DNA of 61,172 nt, the filler included. It is 8 parts of 8 records of this genome, joined end to end, with 100 filler letters (N's around TTAATTAATTAA, not from the genome) between each part and the next. Parts side by side here need not be neighbours in the genome. Positions count along the whole stretch, not along the records: positions 10,361 to 15,017 come from SRR15195285_649; positions 15,118 to 26,980 come from SRR15195285_651; 6 more parts are not named here. One strand, given 5' to 3'. Shown here one piece after another: positions 10,361 through 20,822 of this stretch. Below the pieces are notes generated by a model. That model worked only from the letters and a program-made list of their open reading frames with translations, had not been told where the DNA came from and did not search any database. The number at the start of each line of letters is the position of its first letter. Positions within the stretch are counted from its first letter, which is position 1. Both the position numbers and the translations under genes were made by a program.

Positions 10361-11073
10361 CAGCTCTGCCGGATCAGCCAGGTTTGCCACAAATTGGCTC
10401 GGGGCGCCGGACTGGTGGCTCTCGCCACTACCCTTACCCCCTCATTATTGTGGCTGATGAACACTACATGGTTGCAGGGGGCGCTGGGCCATGCCGCATG
10501 AATGTGTCTCTGTCGCATCGCAAGTCAGTGGATCAAATGAGCCTTTCCCGTGCCCATGTCGAGATGGAGCCGTCTCGAGCTGTTCGTGTGCAGTCGTATG
10601 CTTGCAGGTGTCGTGCTGAGCACCCAAGCAGGCCGAGGAATTGCCGATAGGTACGGGTGATGTGTGAACGACGGTTGATACGTGCGGGCGTGCGCTAAGC
10701 GTGTCTACTAGTACGTCTCTCTAGAATGAGCGTAGCGCCAGCTGGTGGCTCCAGGTGGCTGCTGAAAGCGTGGAGAGAGGGACGTGTTGAAAGACGCTGG
10801 ACAGCATGGGTGTGCGTCGAGTCTGGATTAACCCGGGGTATTTCGAGAGTGGTGGATCGACCGAACTTAGTGGCGTAAGCCAGTGCTCATCCGAATTCAG
10901 CCTTTGGGTGACGGAAATGCAGTGCCAGCCACGCCACCGAGGAGAACGAGGACCCAGAGGCCGGAAGCGGACAAAATCTACAAAGCACCTACATTTTCCA
11001 AACTAGTACTACCAAATAGTGCTCCAGATCGCCACACATTCTCAGAGCTGCCGTAGTTGCGTCGCTACAGCTC

Positions 11074-12491
11074 CTATATCAGGAGCCCGACGTCGTGCAA
11101 CCTCCATCCGAGATCAAATGCTAGGGTTCGCCATATCCAGGTGCGCAAGAACACCTGCAGCTGGTGCGGTGTGATAGTCGTGGAGTCTCCAGTGTGCTCC
11201 ACCACACCGCCCGGGTGGCCAGCGAGCGCCTCAGCCAACAGTTCCTTCTCTTCTGACTCCTGTGTCCATCGCGTCGTCTTGCCTGTTCGTACTCGATTGC
11301 CGCGAACTCGCGCTTGAATCGTCTGCACTTTCTGCAGTTCTTCATCGTCAAAGATTTTAAGCTTAGATGCACCCTCTTCGTCATCATCTGACGAGTCTGG
11401 CTCGTCATGCGTATCGCGCACGAGTGTGAAAATTTCGAGAAGGATGGACTCACCCACCTCGTCCTGCAATGACATATAGGTCTCGGCAGGTCAGACTCGC
11501 TAAATTGGCACAGCTGGCAACATTCTGTCAAGCTTCTTACCTCCGTGATTCTCGCAGTCTTTCTTGTGACGTGTGAAAGCTCCCAGAAGCCCATGGGCTC
11601 GTGCCGCCCCAGTCGAAAGCGACAGAAGAAAAGTCCGGCTATGTCGCTAGCCCCACAGCAGAGGGCCGCCTGCCGCAACCCTGAGCGTAAATTAGCCACC
11701 GCACTCGCAAGCTGACTCTCCCCGAGCGGACCGTGTGGCAAATTCTGGGGCAGCATCGTGCCTCCTACAGCACCGGCGACCAAATGGCAACACAGTGATC
11801 GAGCAAAGCCAATGATCTGCCGTTCCCGGAAGACGGAACAGAATAGTAGAACTAGAGCGCAGGTTCGGCTGCACTCACGCGCTGAGTATCGGTAGAATCT
11901 TGAGCTCGTCACCATATCACCCGTAGATTCCCCCTCGACGGCCAGCGAACGCTGCTCGTAGGCGGATGCCTTTGGTGATCGCATAAAGGACATTTCGGAG
12001 AAACCCGTGTCCTTTGTCGAGGGTAACGCGTAGCTGCAGCAGCGGCAAATGGAGAAAGAAAAAGGTTAAGCAGCGTCAAATACCCAGGAATACTGCATAA
12101 AGACATGCAACGTCTTGAAGCACCAGAGAACATAGCAGGGATAGCAGTGGCTTGCTGTGCAGCATCCGGCAGTCACGCACTGTTTCGAGTAGTTCATCTC
12201 CTCAAATCCAGCGACATGCCACAACACTGTCGTGACATCTTCCATCCAACCGGCTCCGCGGGACTGGTCTGTCCACGGAGTTGCTTTTGATTCACCCGTT
12301 GCACCCGCGTCCGGGTCCGGCAGCAGCATGGTACGTGCGCCAGGGGTCCGACTTTCAGTACGGGGGCTCGAGCTCGTGGCGCCATCCGGCGCTTCGGTAA
12401 CACTTTCCTGTCGCAGTAATGTGAACGCCACGAATGGCAACGGTGGAAGCCCGCCGCCTCGCTTCACGTTGCCGAGGCGCCTGGTACACAC
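11074..12491 (-). CDS. Probable multi-exon hypothetical protein with an IQ motif
   Basis: The last exon (11074-11475) contains VQTIQARVRGNRVR, an IQ calmodulin-binding pattern. Upstream open segments exist on the same strand, but the exon structure is not resolved. Confidence 0.4.
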
Positions 12492-12603
12492 GTCGACCAG
12501 TAGATGGGTTAATGTACATCAGACGTCATTTTGAACGACCGAGTTCTATCGAAATTATAGATCAATAATAGCCATGATAAATTTATAATTGCAGCTAATT
12601 TAG

Positions 12604-14696
12604 CTAAGGCAGAATCATAGCGTACCTGCGAAGGCCGATGACGCCAGCAGCAACTCGGGAGCGGCCTAGTAAAGACGCATCCTCAAGAGTTTCGCTCGCA
12701 GAGTACAAGCCACCACTACCTCCGTCGCTGTTCACCGATGAGGAAGTATTTTTCGATCGAGGGTATTTTGCGTCGCCTGCCGAGTGATCGGGGGCTCCAA
12801 CGTGTGCCTCCACTGCCTCAAACATCTCGTCAACGACTGAGTTCATCTCAGTCACCCACTGCTCCACACCGACCTTGTGTTGACCATCTCCTCCAGGCCA
12901 CGCCCAGCTCGGAGCAGGTTTGGTGAGTTTCACAGGCACAGTCGCGTCTTTTTCGAGCAGAGTCCCGTCCTCACTCCAGCGTGTCACATCAACACCCGTA
13001 GCACCAACAGGACCAGGATTCCATGTATATCTCAGACTATCCTCCTGTGTCAAGCTCGTGGTCTTCTGTGGTTCTGCTGGCACTGCTTGTTCCTTGAAGA
13101 GTACACCCATCGGCGGCCGAGCAATGCCTGGGAACAGGTGTTGTGGGCGCGCTCCAGGACCTGCGGCACGACACGACACATTACGGCAAGGCAGTTCAGT
13201 TTAACATCGCATATGGTAGACAGGAATGAGTTGCATAAATCGCGTATAGATTACGCACGAAAATCTGGGTCGAGCAGCAGACCAGCATATTGTTGGCTGC
13301 GCAGCTTGCGCGGGGCAGGCTGCCCCACCAAATGATCGCGCGTTAATGACGGCCGGTCAATTTCCTTTACCCCCCAAGGCACACCTGTTGACGCCGCTCC
13401 ACGGTACGTTGGCGTTGCGCTGGCAAAGCCGAAAGGCGAGAGGGAGCCTGCCCCGAGGCGTACGCCTGTAGACCGGGTGCTGGTAGCTCCGTCTGCTGAC
13501 GACCGCACAAGGCTCGGTGGCACTGGACGTCGCCGCCTTCGCGCGCGACGCACACGCTTCGCACGGACCTTTTTCTTCTTGGGCGGTGCATCATCCACTG
13601 TTTTGACTGTCGTAGGCTTGGCAGCCGCGGCAGCGGCTGCAGCTCCTTTCAGAACTTCCTTGAAGACTTGCTCACTGAGACTGTCGCTGCCTACGGCCGC
13701 ACCCTCGGCTGAGAATCGCAACGCCGAAACGCCAAAGGCGCAGGGCGTTGGGCGGAGCGATGACTCCTTCTTGGTTTTTGAAGCAAACCGCTCCGCAAGC
13801 CGCGTCTCTAGCGCCAGTAATTTGGACTTTTCAGCCTCCAGCGCAAGGTGCGGGTTGATCAATACCTCCTCCTCTTCACTGCGCTTGATCCATCTGTCAT
13901 GACCGGCGATCGCCCTCTGCAGCGTCCTGATCTTGCGACGCGATTTGTTGATCGCTGCGAGGACCACAGCTGTATGGTCGGCGAACGAAAACGGGGCAGG
14001 GATTGTCGGCTGCATGCCCGCTTCAACATCCTCAGCATCTGCCGCACCTACCCCCATCCCCATCAGGGCCTCGCTGAGCTGGCCGGTCGTGAGCTCTCTC
14101 CAGAGAGCTGCCAGCCGTGCCCGCAGGTCCCGCAGCGCCAACGACAGCTTATAGGCCTCGGCGTACTGTTCCGAAGATTTCAGCTGCACGTACTCGACCT
14201 CCAGCCTCTCGAGAGAGTGCTGCTGCCGTTCTGCATCGCGGAGTCGGGCCTCGTCCTCGAGCATCATAGCCAGGCGCTCCGCCTTGAGCACCTTGATCTG
14301 CTCCGCATTCGCGATCCGCTTCTGCTGGAGCTCTACAGCCTTCAGGAGCGCCTCGCCTCCGCTATCAGCCGCGCGCTGCTCGGCCTCTCTGATCCTCCTG
14401 ATATCAGCCTCGAGGTCCTGGATCTGCTTCATGGCGCCCTTCACGCGCCGCGACTCCGGCTTTTTGCTGGCCAGCTGCAACTGTCGCTGCTCCGCCACTG
14501 CAGCCTGCGCCAACCCGAGCTCCCGAGGGTCGCGCCCTTCCCGCGCGGCCCTCAGCCGCCGCCCAGCTGCAATTGCCATTGCCGCCAGGTCCGCGGCTGC
14601 CTTCGCAGCCGGCGAGCCAGCAGCAGGCCGCGACCCAGCCGACCGACCACTAACCTGCACATCCGCCGAATCCGGCGGTCGCTCCGCCGCCTCCAT
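12604..14696 (-). CDS. Coiled-coil hypothetical protein, probably two exons
   Basis: ORF 13251-14696 is E/K/R/L/A-rich and heptad-like with a basic KKKKVRAKR stretch. ORF 12604-13179 follows ~70 bp downstream on the same strand and is likely joined by a short intron. Confidence 0.6.
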
Positions 14697-15017
14697 GGCG
14701 ATCTCTCACACCACCCAGCCGTCAGCACGCCCACCCTCCAAACGATCGCCGCCACCCAGCGCGGCCACCAGCGTACACAGCTCGAGCGTCGGCTGAGGCG
14801 CTCATCTCGCAGCGCCACCGCGCCCGCACTGCAGGCACCGCCAGGCGCCACCCGCCCAAGGCCCAACGTCGTCAGTTGACGAGTTGATCCGGCTTGATCG
14901 TTGATGGACAGTCAGTACGGTAACTCCGGAGTCGGAGTCAGAGTCACTCTACTATGCTAGATCTAGCTCTAGCTAGCAAAAACACTAACTAGTGTCCCTG
15001 CCTCAGCAAAAGTGCGT

Positions 15018-15117
15018 NNNNNNNNNNNNNNNNNNNNNNNNNNNNNNNNNNNNNNNNNNNNTTAATTAATTAANNNNNNNNNNNNNNNNNNNNNNNNNNN
15101 NNNNNNNNNNNNNNNNN
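15018..15117. other. Artificial contig linker
   Basis: 44 N + TTAATTAATTAA + 44 N. Confidence 0.98.
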
Positions 15118-15898
15118 TGCTGCTGCTGCTGCTGCTGCTGCTGCAGCGGTCGCTACGGCAGCGGGTTCGGACGGAAGGGTGCAGCCGCCAAGCCATAGAC
15201 GTCACACAGAGCCAACTAAGCGACTGCAGCGGCCGATTGGTAGCGCAGGCGCCAAGCGTCGGGTGTCTGCACGCAAGTCGCTGATCGACCGCGCCGATAA
15301 TTTGGCACAGAGAGTCGATCGGCTAGCAAGGCCGAAGGATGCAGCCACAGCCACAGCGATGCAACGCCTGACCGAGAGCACTCGGTCTTCGCTCCCGAAG
15401 TTGGGGGAGCCTGGCCATCCTGCCAATCGAGCCAATGGTACAGCAGCTGTCGTGCCGATGAGTGGCCTGATGCCGGGTACTGCGGCTGCTGTTGTTGGGT
15501 TAGATCGTGCTGCTGTGAGTGGAAACAATGGCGCGTCTCTTACTGGCGCGGAAAAAATTTGGGGGCACTCTGCGGTGACCGAGCTGAGGATGCGAATCCG
15601 TGACGTTGCTGTTGAGCGGGGTTTGGATCATGGCAGTCACGGGCACGCTGACGAGCAGAAGTTCTCCCGCGAGCACGGCCGAGGCACCCTGGAGAGTGTG
15701 ATGCGCAGCCGTCAGCAACATGCAGCGGGCAGTGGGCAGGGACAAACCCTAGGGAACGTCCTGGGCATGACAGTCACATCCTACAAGGAATACAACGGTG
15801 GCGCCCCAAGCGGCTGGAGAATACCAACTGCCAGCAGTGCTGGCAATAGCGGGGGCGCTGGGGGTATAGCTGGCAATAGCGGCGCGTCTTGCGTCTGA
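15118..15898 (+). CDS. 3' fragment of a low-complexity hypothetical protein
   Basis: ORF of >=239 aa adjacent to a contig start that begins in a (CTG)n tract. No recognisable domain. Confidence 0.45.
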
Positions 15899-16071
15899 AT
15901 GGTCTCATTAGCTGTGCTGGTGGTCGATGCACCCATGCATCGGTAGAATGTGTACAGTGTGCACTGTCTGTCCATTCCACACGAATTCAGACTCTAACTC
16001 AGACTCTTTATCGTGCATCTCTACGCTGCACACGCCATCATCAGACTCTATAGATGGCACATGCATGTATC

Positions 16072-17553
16072 TCAGCGGAGGAGTGGCTCTCGCATGGTGC
16101 TAGCTACACGAGCATGGGCCTTTTCTCTGTCCCCAGGAAGACAATCAAATATCGCCCAGCCAAGCAGCGCCAGCAACAGGTTTGCTGCGACCACTGCGAT
16201 TTCGATGACCAAGCCATCCACTGTCGCAACCTTCCCTTCATCAGTGCTCCACAGTGGCGTCAGGAAGAAGAGGGAACAGGACATGGCTGCCTGAAACGTT
16301 CTGTACAGCGCAAACGCCTCCGCAGACCGGCCTCCGAAGTCATCGGCACATATAGCCGATGTGTTTGATTGGATTGCACAGTCACCCAGCCCGAATAGGA
16401 AGGCGGCGACGAAAAACAAGCGGTAATCTCCATCGACGCAAGGTTCGACAGTGTCCGTTCCGGCACTGCTGTCGCTGCCACCGCCCGTGCTTCCCCCAGC
16501 GCACGACTCCTGCAGCGCCTGATTGCCGAGCCACAGCGTTGCGCATGCTCCGAGTGTGGCTAGGGCACCTAGCATGAAGCCCACCCCGCGACCACATCGG
16601 TCGGAGATGCGACCAATTACCAATCCGCCCACAATCTCCGCCACTGCAAAGAGCGGCATGACGAGACCTATTACTGATTTCTCCATCTGCCTGGTGAACC
16701 ACGCGCTCCACATGACCGAGATCGACCCGCAGAGCATGAACATGGGGATCAGCAGCAGCACCCGAGCCTCGAACACCATGGCTAGCGTCGCTCTAATCTC
16801 GGCGCACACCGACTTTGTCGGATCGGACGGGATCGGCGCAGTTCCGGCGTTGTAGTCCACTGGTCGCAAGAGGAGCATACACAGTATTCCGCAGGCCCCG
16901 ACAGCAGACAGCACACAAAATAGGAAGGAGTTCTGGTCGGACCAGCCGAGGACCTGCTGCGATGCAGGCGCTGCAGGCACGGCAGGAGAGCCAGATTGCT
17001 GCTCGAGAATGAAGTGCGAGGCAATGTTCCCAGGCACCACGCAGCAGTTGAACAGCCCCCAGCAGATCGCAGCGAACAAGGACTTGTTGTCCTCGTTCGA
17101 GCAGCGGCTCAGCATCTCGCCCTGACCACACCATAGCGTCGCGGCGCCCACCCCGAGAAGGGCCGAGAGCACCAGCACAAGCGGTTTGATGATGTAGATC
17201 AGGCTCACCATGTAAAGGATGTAGCAGCTGGCGCCCACCACCAGCGCGCCCTTGGGGCCGATCGCGTGCACAACGCTGGGTGCGACGAACCCAAACCCAG
17301 CGAAGGCAACGTACAGGATCCCGAGTGAGGTGGTTCCGAGCTCACCCAGCAGCTTAGCCGCTAGCCCCTGCACCGTCTGGAAGGCGGTGAAGGTAAGCAG
17401 GAAGCCCAATCCCATGTTGAGGACATTGGCCAGGTTCCGAGCCACCCCGCACGTGGTCAGTGGCTCGGCTGGCTGCTGCTGCACTGACCCGCCGCCGCCG
17501 CCGCCGCCGCCCAGCATCCCTATGGTCACTCCCCTGCACGCTCGCCACGCCAC
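16072..17553 (-). CDS. UNC-93-like / MFSD11-like major facilitator superfamily membrane protein
   Basis: About 11-12 hydrophobic helices. Motifs GFLLTFTAFQTVQ, GTTSLGILY, APSVVHAIGPK, LGVGAATLWCGQG, FLFGLGD. Confidence 0.85.
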   Translation of the reverse strand: MAWRACRGVTIGMLGGGGGGGGSVQQQPAEPLTTCGVARNLANVLNMGLGFLLTFTAFQTVQGLAAKLLGELGTTSLGILYVAFAGFGFVAPSVVHAIGPKGALVVGASCYILYMVSLIYIIKPLVLVLSALLGVGAATLWCGQGEMLSRCSNEDNKSLFAAICWGLFNCCVVPGNIASHFILEQQSGSPAVPAAPASQQVLGWSDQNSFLFCVLSAVGACGILCMLLLRPVDYNAGTAPIPSDPTKSVCAEIRATLAMVFEARVLLLIPMFMLCGSISVMWSAWFTRQMEKSVIGLVMPLFAVAEIVGGLVIGRISDRCGRGVGFMLGALATLGACATLWLGNQALQESCAGGSTGGGSDSSAGTDTVEPCVDGDYRLFFVAAFLFGLGDCAIQSNTSAICADDFGGRSAEAFALYRTFQAAMSCSLFFLTPLWSTDEGKVATVDGLVIEIAVVAANLLLALLGWAIFDCLPGDREKAHARVASTMREPLLR

Positions 17554-17904
17554 CCAGGGAGGTCAGGGGCGGTTTATTTTGCCTCCGCCGGCGGGCGCGC
17601 GGCGCGCGCGCGCACCGGCGCGGAGACCGGACGTCCGGACCGCGGCGCGCATGGCCCCGGCGCGGTGCAGCAAGCAGCATGGTCGACACCGGGTTGCACC
17701 CTGTTCCCAATATGATTTTGGGGTTGTGGAGTTTCACCAGAACGCACGCCCGACGCCGCAACGCTGGCCACAGGTGCATGGGAGTCAAAACTCAAATGAC
17801 GGAACGTCAAATTCACAAGCAAGCCTACATGTACATACTGTACCGGTCTGCGTGGATCCGCAACCCACTCGGCTTGCAGGTCTTGTCGTGGCAGAGCGCC
17901 AGAG

Positions 17905-19413
17905 ATGATGATGACGCGGAGCGCCTTGTGGATCGCGGCTTGGCTGGTGGTGGCTATGGCGGGCGTGAGTCGTGGCCAGGAGGCGGCCATGTGCACCATC
18001 TCCGCGTGGACGGCGCGAGCAGAGGCGGTACAGTCCGCGTGCTGCCCCGGCGGGTCTCGGACCGGGCAGCAGCAATTGCAGGGGCACCGCCGCGCGCAGG
18101 ATGGCGACTGCCAGCTCCCCACGCAGTGTCCGTCTGTGGAGTGTGCAACCTTGTTCGTACCGTTCCGTCGGGACTGTGGCGACCTCATCGCGACAATCAG
18201 CAGCGTCGATCCCGGAATGGAGGGTCGCTACAACGAGCTCGAGCAGAGCTGCCAAGAATTGCTGTCACCGGAGCACAAGACCGAGGCGCCTAACCGCCCA
18301 GCGAGCGCCACTGCTTCACCCCAGTTGTGCCCCCAGGAGCGCGTGGTCTGCGAAGGCACCAACAGCCGCTGCCACGTCGAGTGCGCCGGCCCGGAGGACC
18401 GAGCGGACGAGGCCAGCTGTGCTGCTCTGATGCCCGCCGCCGACAGGCAGCGGCTAAGCGAGCTAATCTCGAGCACTCCTGTCGTATTCTTCGGCACACG
18501 CAACGACCAGGCGACTTCGAACGCTGCCAACATGCTGTGGCACCTCTCCGTTTGTACCGAAGATGTCGTGCTAGACTCGGCAACTTCGCGGTACCTGCGG
18601 TGCCTCTATCCCCACGAGACCGTCATGTTCGTGTACCCCCCCACGTCGTTCGTATTCCTCGGCGGAAACTTTCTCGGAAATGGGATCACGATCACGGGCA
18701 TCCCATCAGACGAGATGGAGACCCGGCTTCGCGCCACCGGAGTGGAGCGCACATGTGGTGAGGCCGCACAGCCACCACCACCACCACCCGGAGAGGTCAA
18801 TGCCTGCGTCGCGCCAGGCTCGACCACCATTCACGAGGAGGACATGGGCCTGCCAAATCGCTGCCAGGCGCTGAAACGTGCCCTTCCAGCAAATGGCTGT
18901 AGCAGCCCCGCAGACTCTGGCCCGTGGAACGACTTCATGGCGTGTGCCTTTGACGCCAACGACTGGGTAAAATACAGGGTTGGCGGACAGGGAGGTTGCT
19001 CTGGGCCCACTCTGTTCGCGTTCTGTGAAGAGCAGTTTGCTGGAGATCCCGACAAGATTCGCTGCTGCTCCAATTCGCGCTGTGCCTGGTCGGCGAGTCT
19101 GTTCGGCGAGGGTGGTGGACAGCCAGCTTGCATCAGCGAAGACTGGGCTGTGAACATCTGTTGTGAGCCGTGCACCTGCTGGCTCAGTCCTGCGCCAGCC
19201 GACGGATCGCCGGGCGGTAGAGGAAATATGACAATTGTCGAGGAATACGAAGGCCGGGACTATCCCGTGCTCGTAAACTCTGATGGCTTGGCTATTGCTG
19301 CGCCCTTCCCGTGCGGTCGAACCGGACTGTTCGGGCGGCGGGGTGTGATGCAAATGAGCACGTGGCAAAGCGCGATGGGCGACTGCTCCCACAACCCAAT
19401 GGACGGTCGCTAG
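17905..19413 (+). CDS. Secreted cysteine-rich protein with a degenerate glutaredoxin-like domain
   Basis: 502-aa ORF with an N-terminal signal peptide and many Cys. The segment LISSTPVVFFG...SFVFLGGNFLGNG resembles the Grx fold but lacks CxxC. Confidence 0.7.
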   Translation: MMMTRSALWIAAWLVVAMAGVSRGQEAAMCTISAWTARAEAVQSACCPGGSRTGQQQLQGHRRAQDGDCQLPTQCPSVECATLFVPFRRDCGDLIATISSVDPGMEGRYNELEQSCQELLSPEHKTEAPNRPASATASPQLCPQERVVCEGTNSRCHVECAGPEDRADEASCAALMPAADRQRLSELISSTPVVFFGTRNDQATSNAANMLWHLSVCTEDVVLDSATSRYLRCLYPHETVMFVYPPTSFVFLGGNFLGNGITITGIPSDEMETRLRATGVERTCGEAAQPPPPPPGEVNACVAPGSTTIHEEDMGLPNRCQALKRALPANGCSSPADSGPWNDFMACAFDANDWVKYRVGGQGGCSGPTLFAFCEEQFAGDPDKIRCCSNSRCAWSASLFGEGGGQPACISEDWAVNICCEPCTCWLSPAPADGSPGGRGNMTIVEEYEGRDYPVLVNSDGLAIAAPFPCGRTGLFGRRGVMQMSTWQSAMGDCSHNPMDGR

Positions 19414-19527
19414 ATCTTGACCGGTGCACAAAATGAAGCTTCAGTGTGACTGACTGTTGCCAAAAGATGCGGTGGCACTGCAAACAGCTTGTAAATTGCG
19501 GCCAGCATCCTTCACACTCGTCTTCCA

Positions 19528-20729
19528 TCACCGCGTGCCACGTAACGGTCCGGAAGACCGTGATCGCAGCAGCTGTTCACAGTCAGCTCGCGATACCTCC
19601 GCCAGCAGAGTCGCCAACTGCGTGCCGTAGAAGCGCACCACCTCCTCCCCACGTTCACTGTCGGCATTCGTCGCATCACCAACGACACCACTCGCAGCTA
19701 GATCCTGCGCCATCCACCCGTAGCCAACAGCTCCGCCGTGCGGGAAGAGGAGTTCGCACTCACTCGCGACTTCAACAGCATGTGATTTAAAGTCTAGCGC
19801 ATGCTCCCATTGCACGAGATCAGGCCGCAGGTGTGCCATCATTGAGGTCTCCACTGCGCCACCATGGATTCCGAATCGCAGCTCTTCGGCCCCCCAGCCG
19901 CCGATTCCCTCAGGGAGAGGCATGAAAGGGTAGTGGCAGCATACTGCAAGAAGGTCATGCTCCACTCGCAGCCTCCTGGATGTGCATAATCCAGCAATCA
20001 GTTTTCAGAGTCCAGAGAGCCGAAAGCCGATAGAGGACGATGCGAAGCGTAAGTGGCGTCCCGCACCGAGCTGCTACATTCAAAAGTGGAACATTGCCAC
20101 CATGCCCATTGGCGATCACTAGCTTCCGCACACCAGCACGGGCTACTGAGGCGCCGATGTCCATTATCACTCGGAGCAGGGTGTCGGTTGAGAGCGAGAG
20201 TGTGCCCGGCTACTTACAAGGAGATGCAATGTTGGAAACACACAACAGACCATGAGAATGTATGAGTGACGCCCATGCAAGCGGACGAGTGGTAACTCGT
20301 GAACCATGCATATGCACCTGGGGAGGATCGTCTGACTAGTGGACTGAACAATGCTTACATATTCGAGATGCTCATGCGAGGTGCCGATGTCCTGGGTCGG
20401 TAGGGTAAATATGTGCCGCGCTACTGGGCCATCGCGGTCATACTCGCCGGCATCCAGACCGTCCAGTGCCGACTGTACAATCCCGACACACTGATATGTG
20501 TCCACTCCAGTCGGCAGGTGAGGACCGTGCTGTTCGATTGCTCCAATTGGTAGAAGCGCGACTGCAGAGCGGAGCTCCGTCTCAGGTGTCGAAGACCAAT
20601 CGCAGGTGCTCAGCTCAGACCACATGCGGCGAGAGCGAGGGGTTTGAGCTGACGTGTTGCTAGACGCAGCCCGTGTCGGCACAGCGGCCGCAGAAAGTGA
20701 CCGGTGCTGTTGCCGATCTCCTTCGGTCA
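19528..20729 (-). CDS. Creatininase / creatinine amidohydrolase family domain (3 exons; probably the C-terminal half of a fusion with the upstream oxidoreductase)
   Basis: Motifs LPIGAIEQHGPHLPTGVD, SHEHLEYPGTLSL, NGHGGN, GIHGGAVETS. GT-AG introns at 20210-20358 and 19976-20066 restore one reading frame. Confidence 0.9.
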
Positions 20730-20822
20730 CTGATGCAATGCATGGCAGCAGCGGGCGTGTTACAATACACTGATGTGTTTGCATTATGCCTGACACAAGT
20801 CTAGTCAATAGCTGAAACGCAT

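Noticed and set aside
13848-14879. Long antisense or overlapping ORFs (also 17460-18293, 18706-19431, 29984-30604, 42798-43526)
   Set aside because: These are shadow ORFs on GC-rich coding sequence with no motifs, overlapping better-supported genes.
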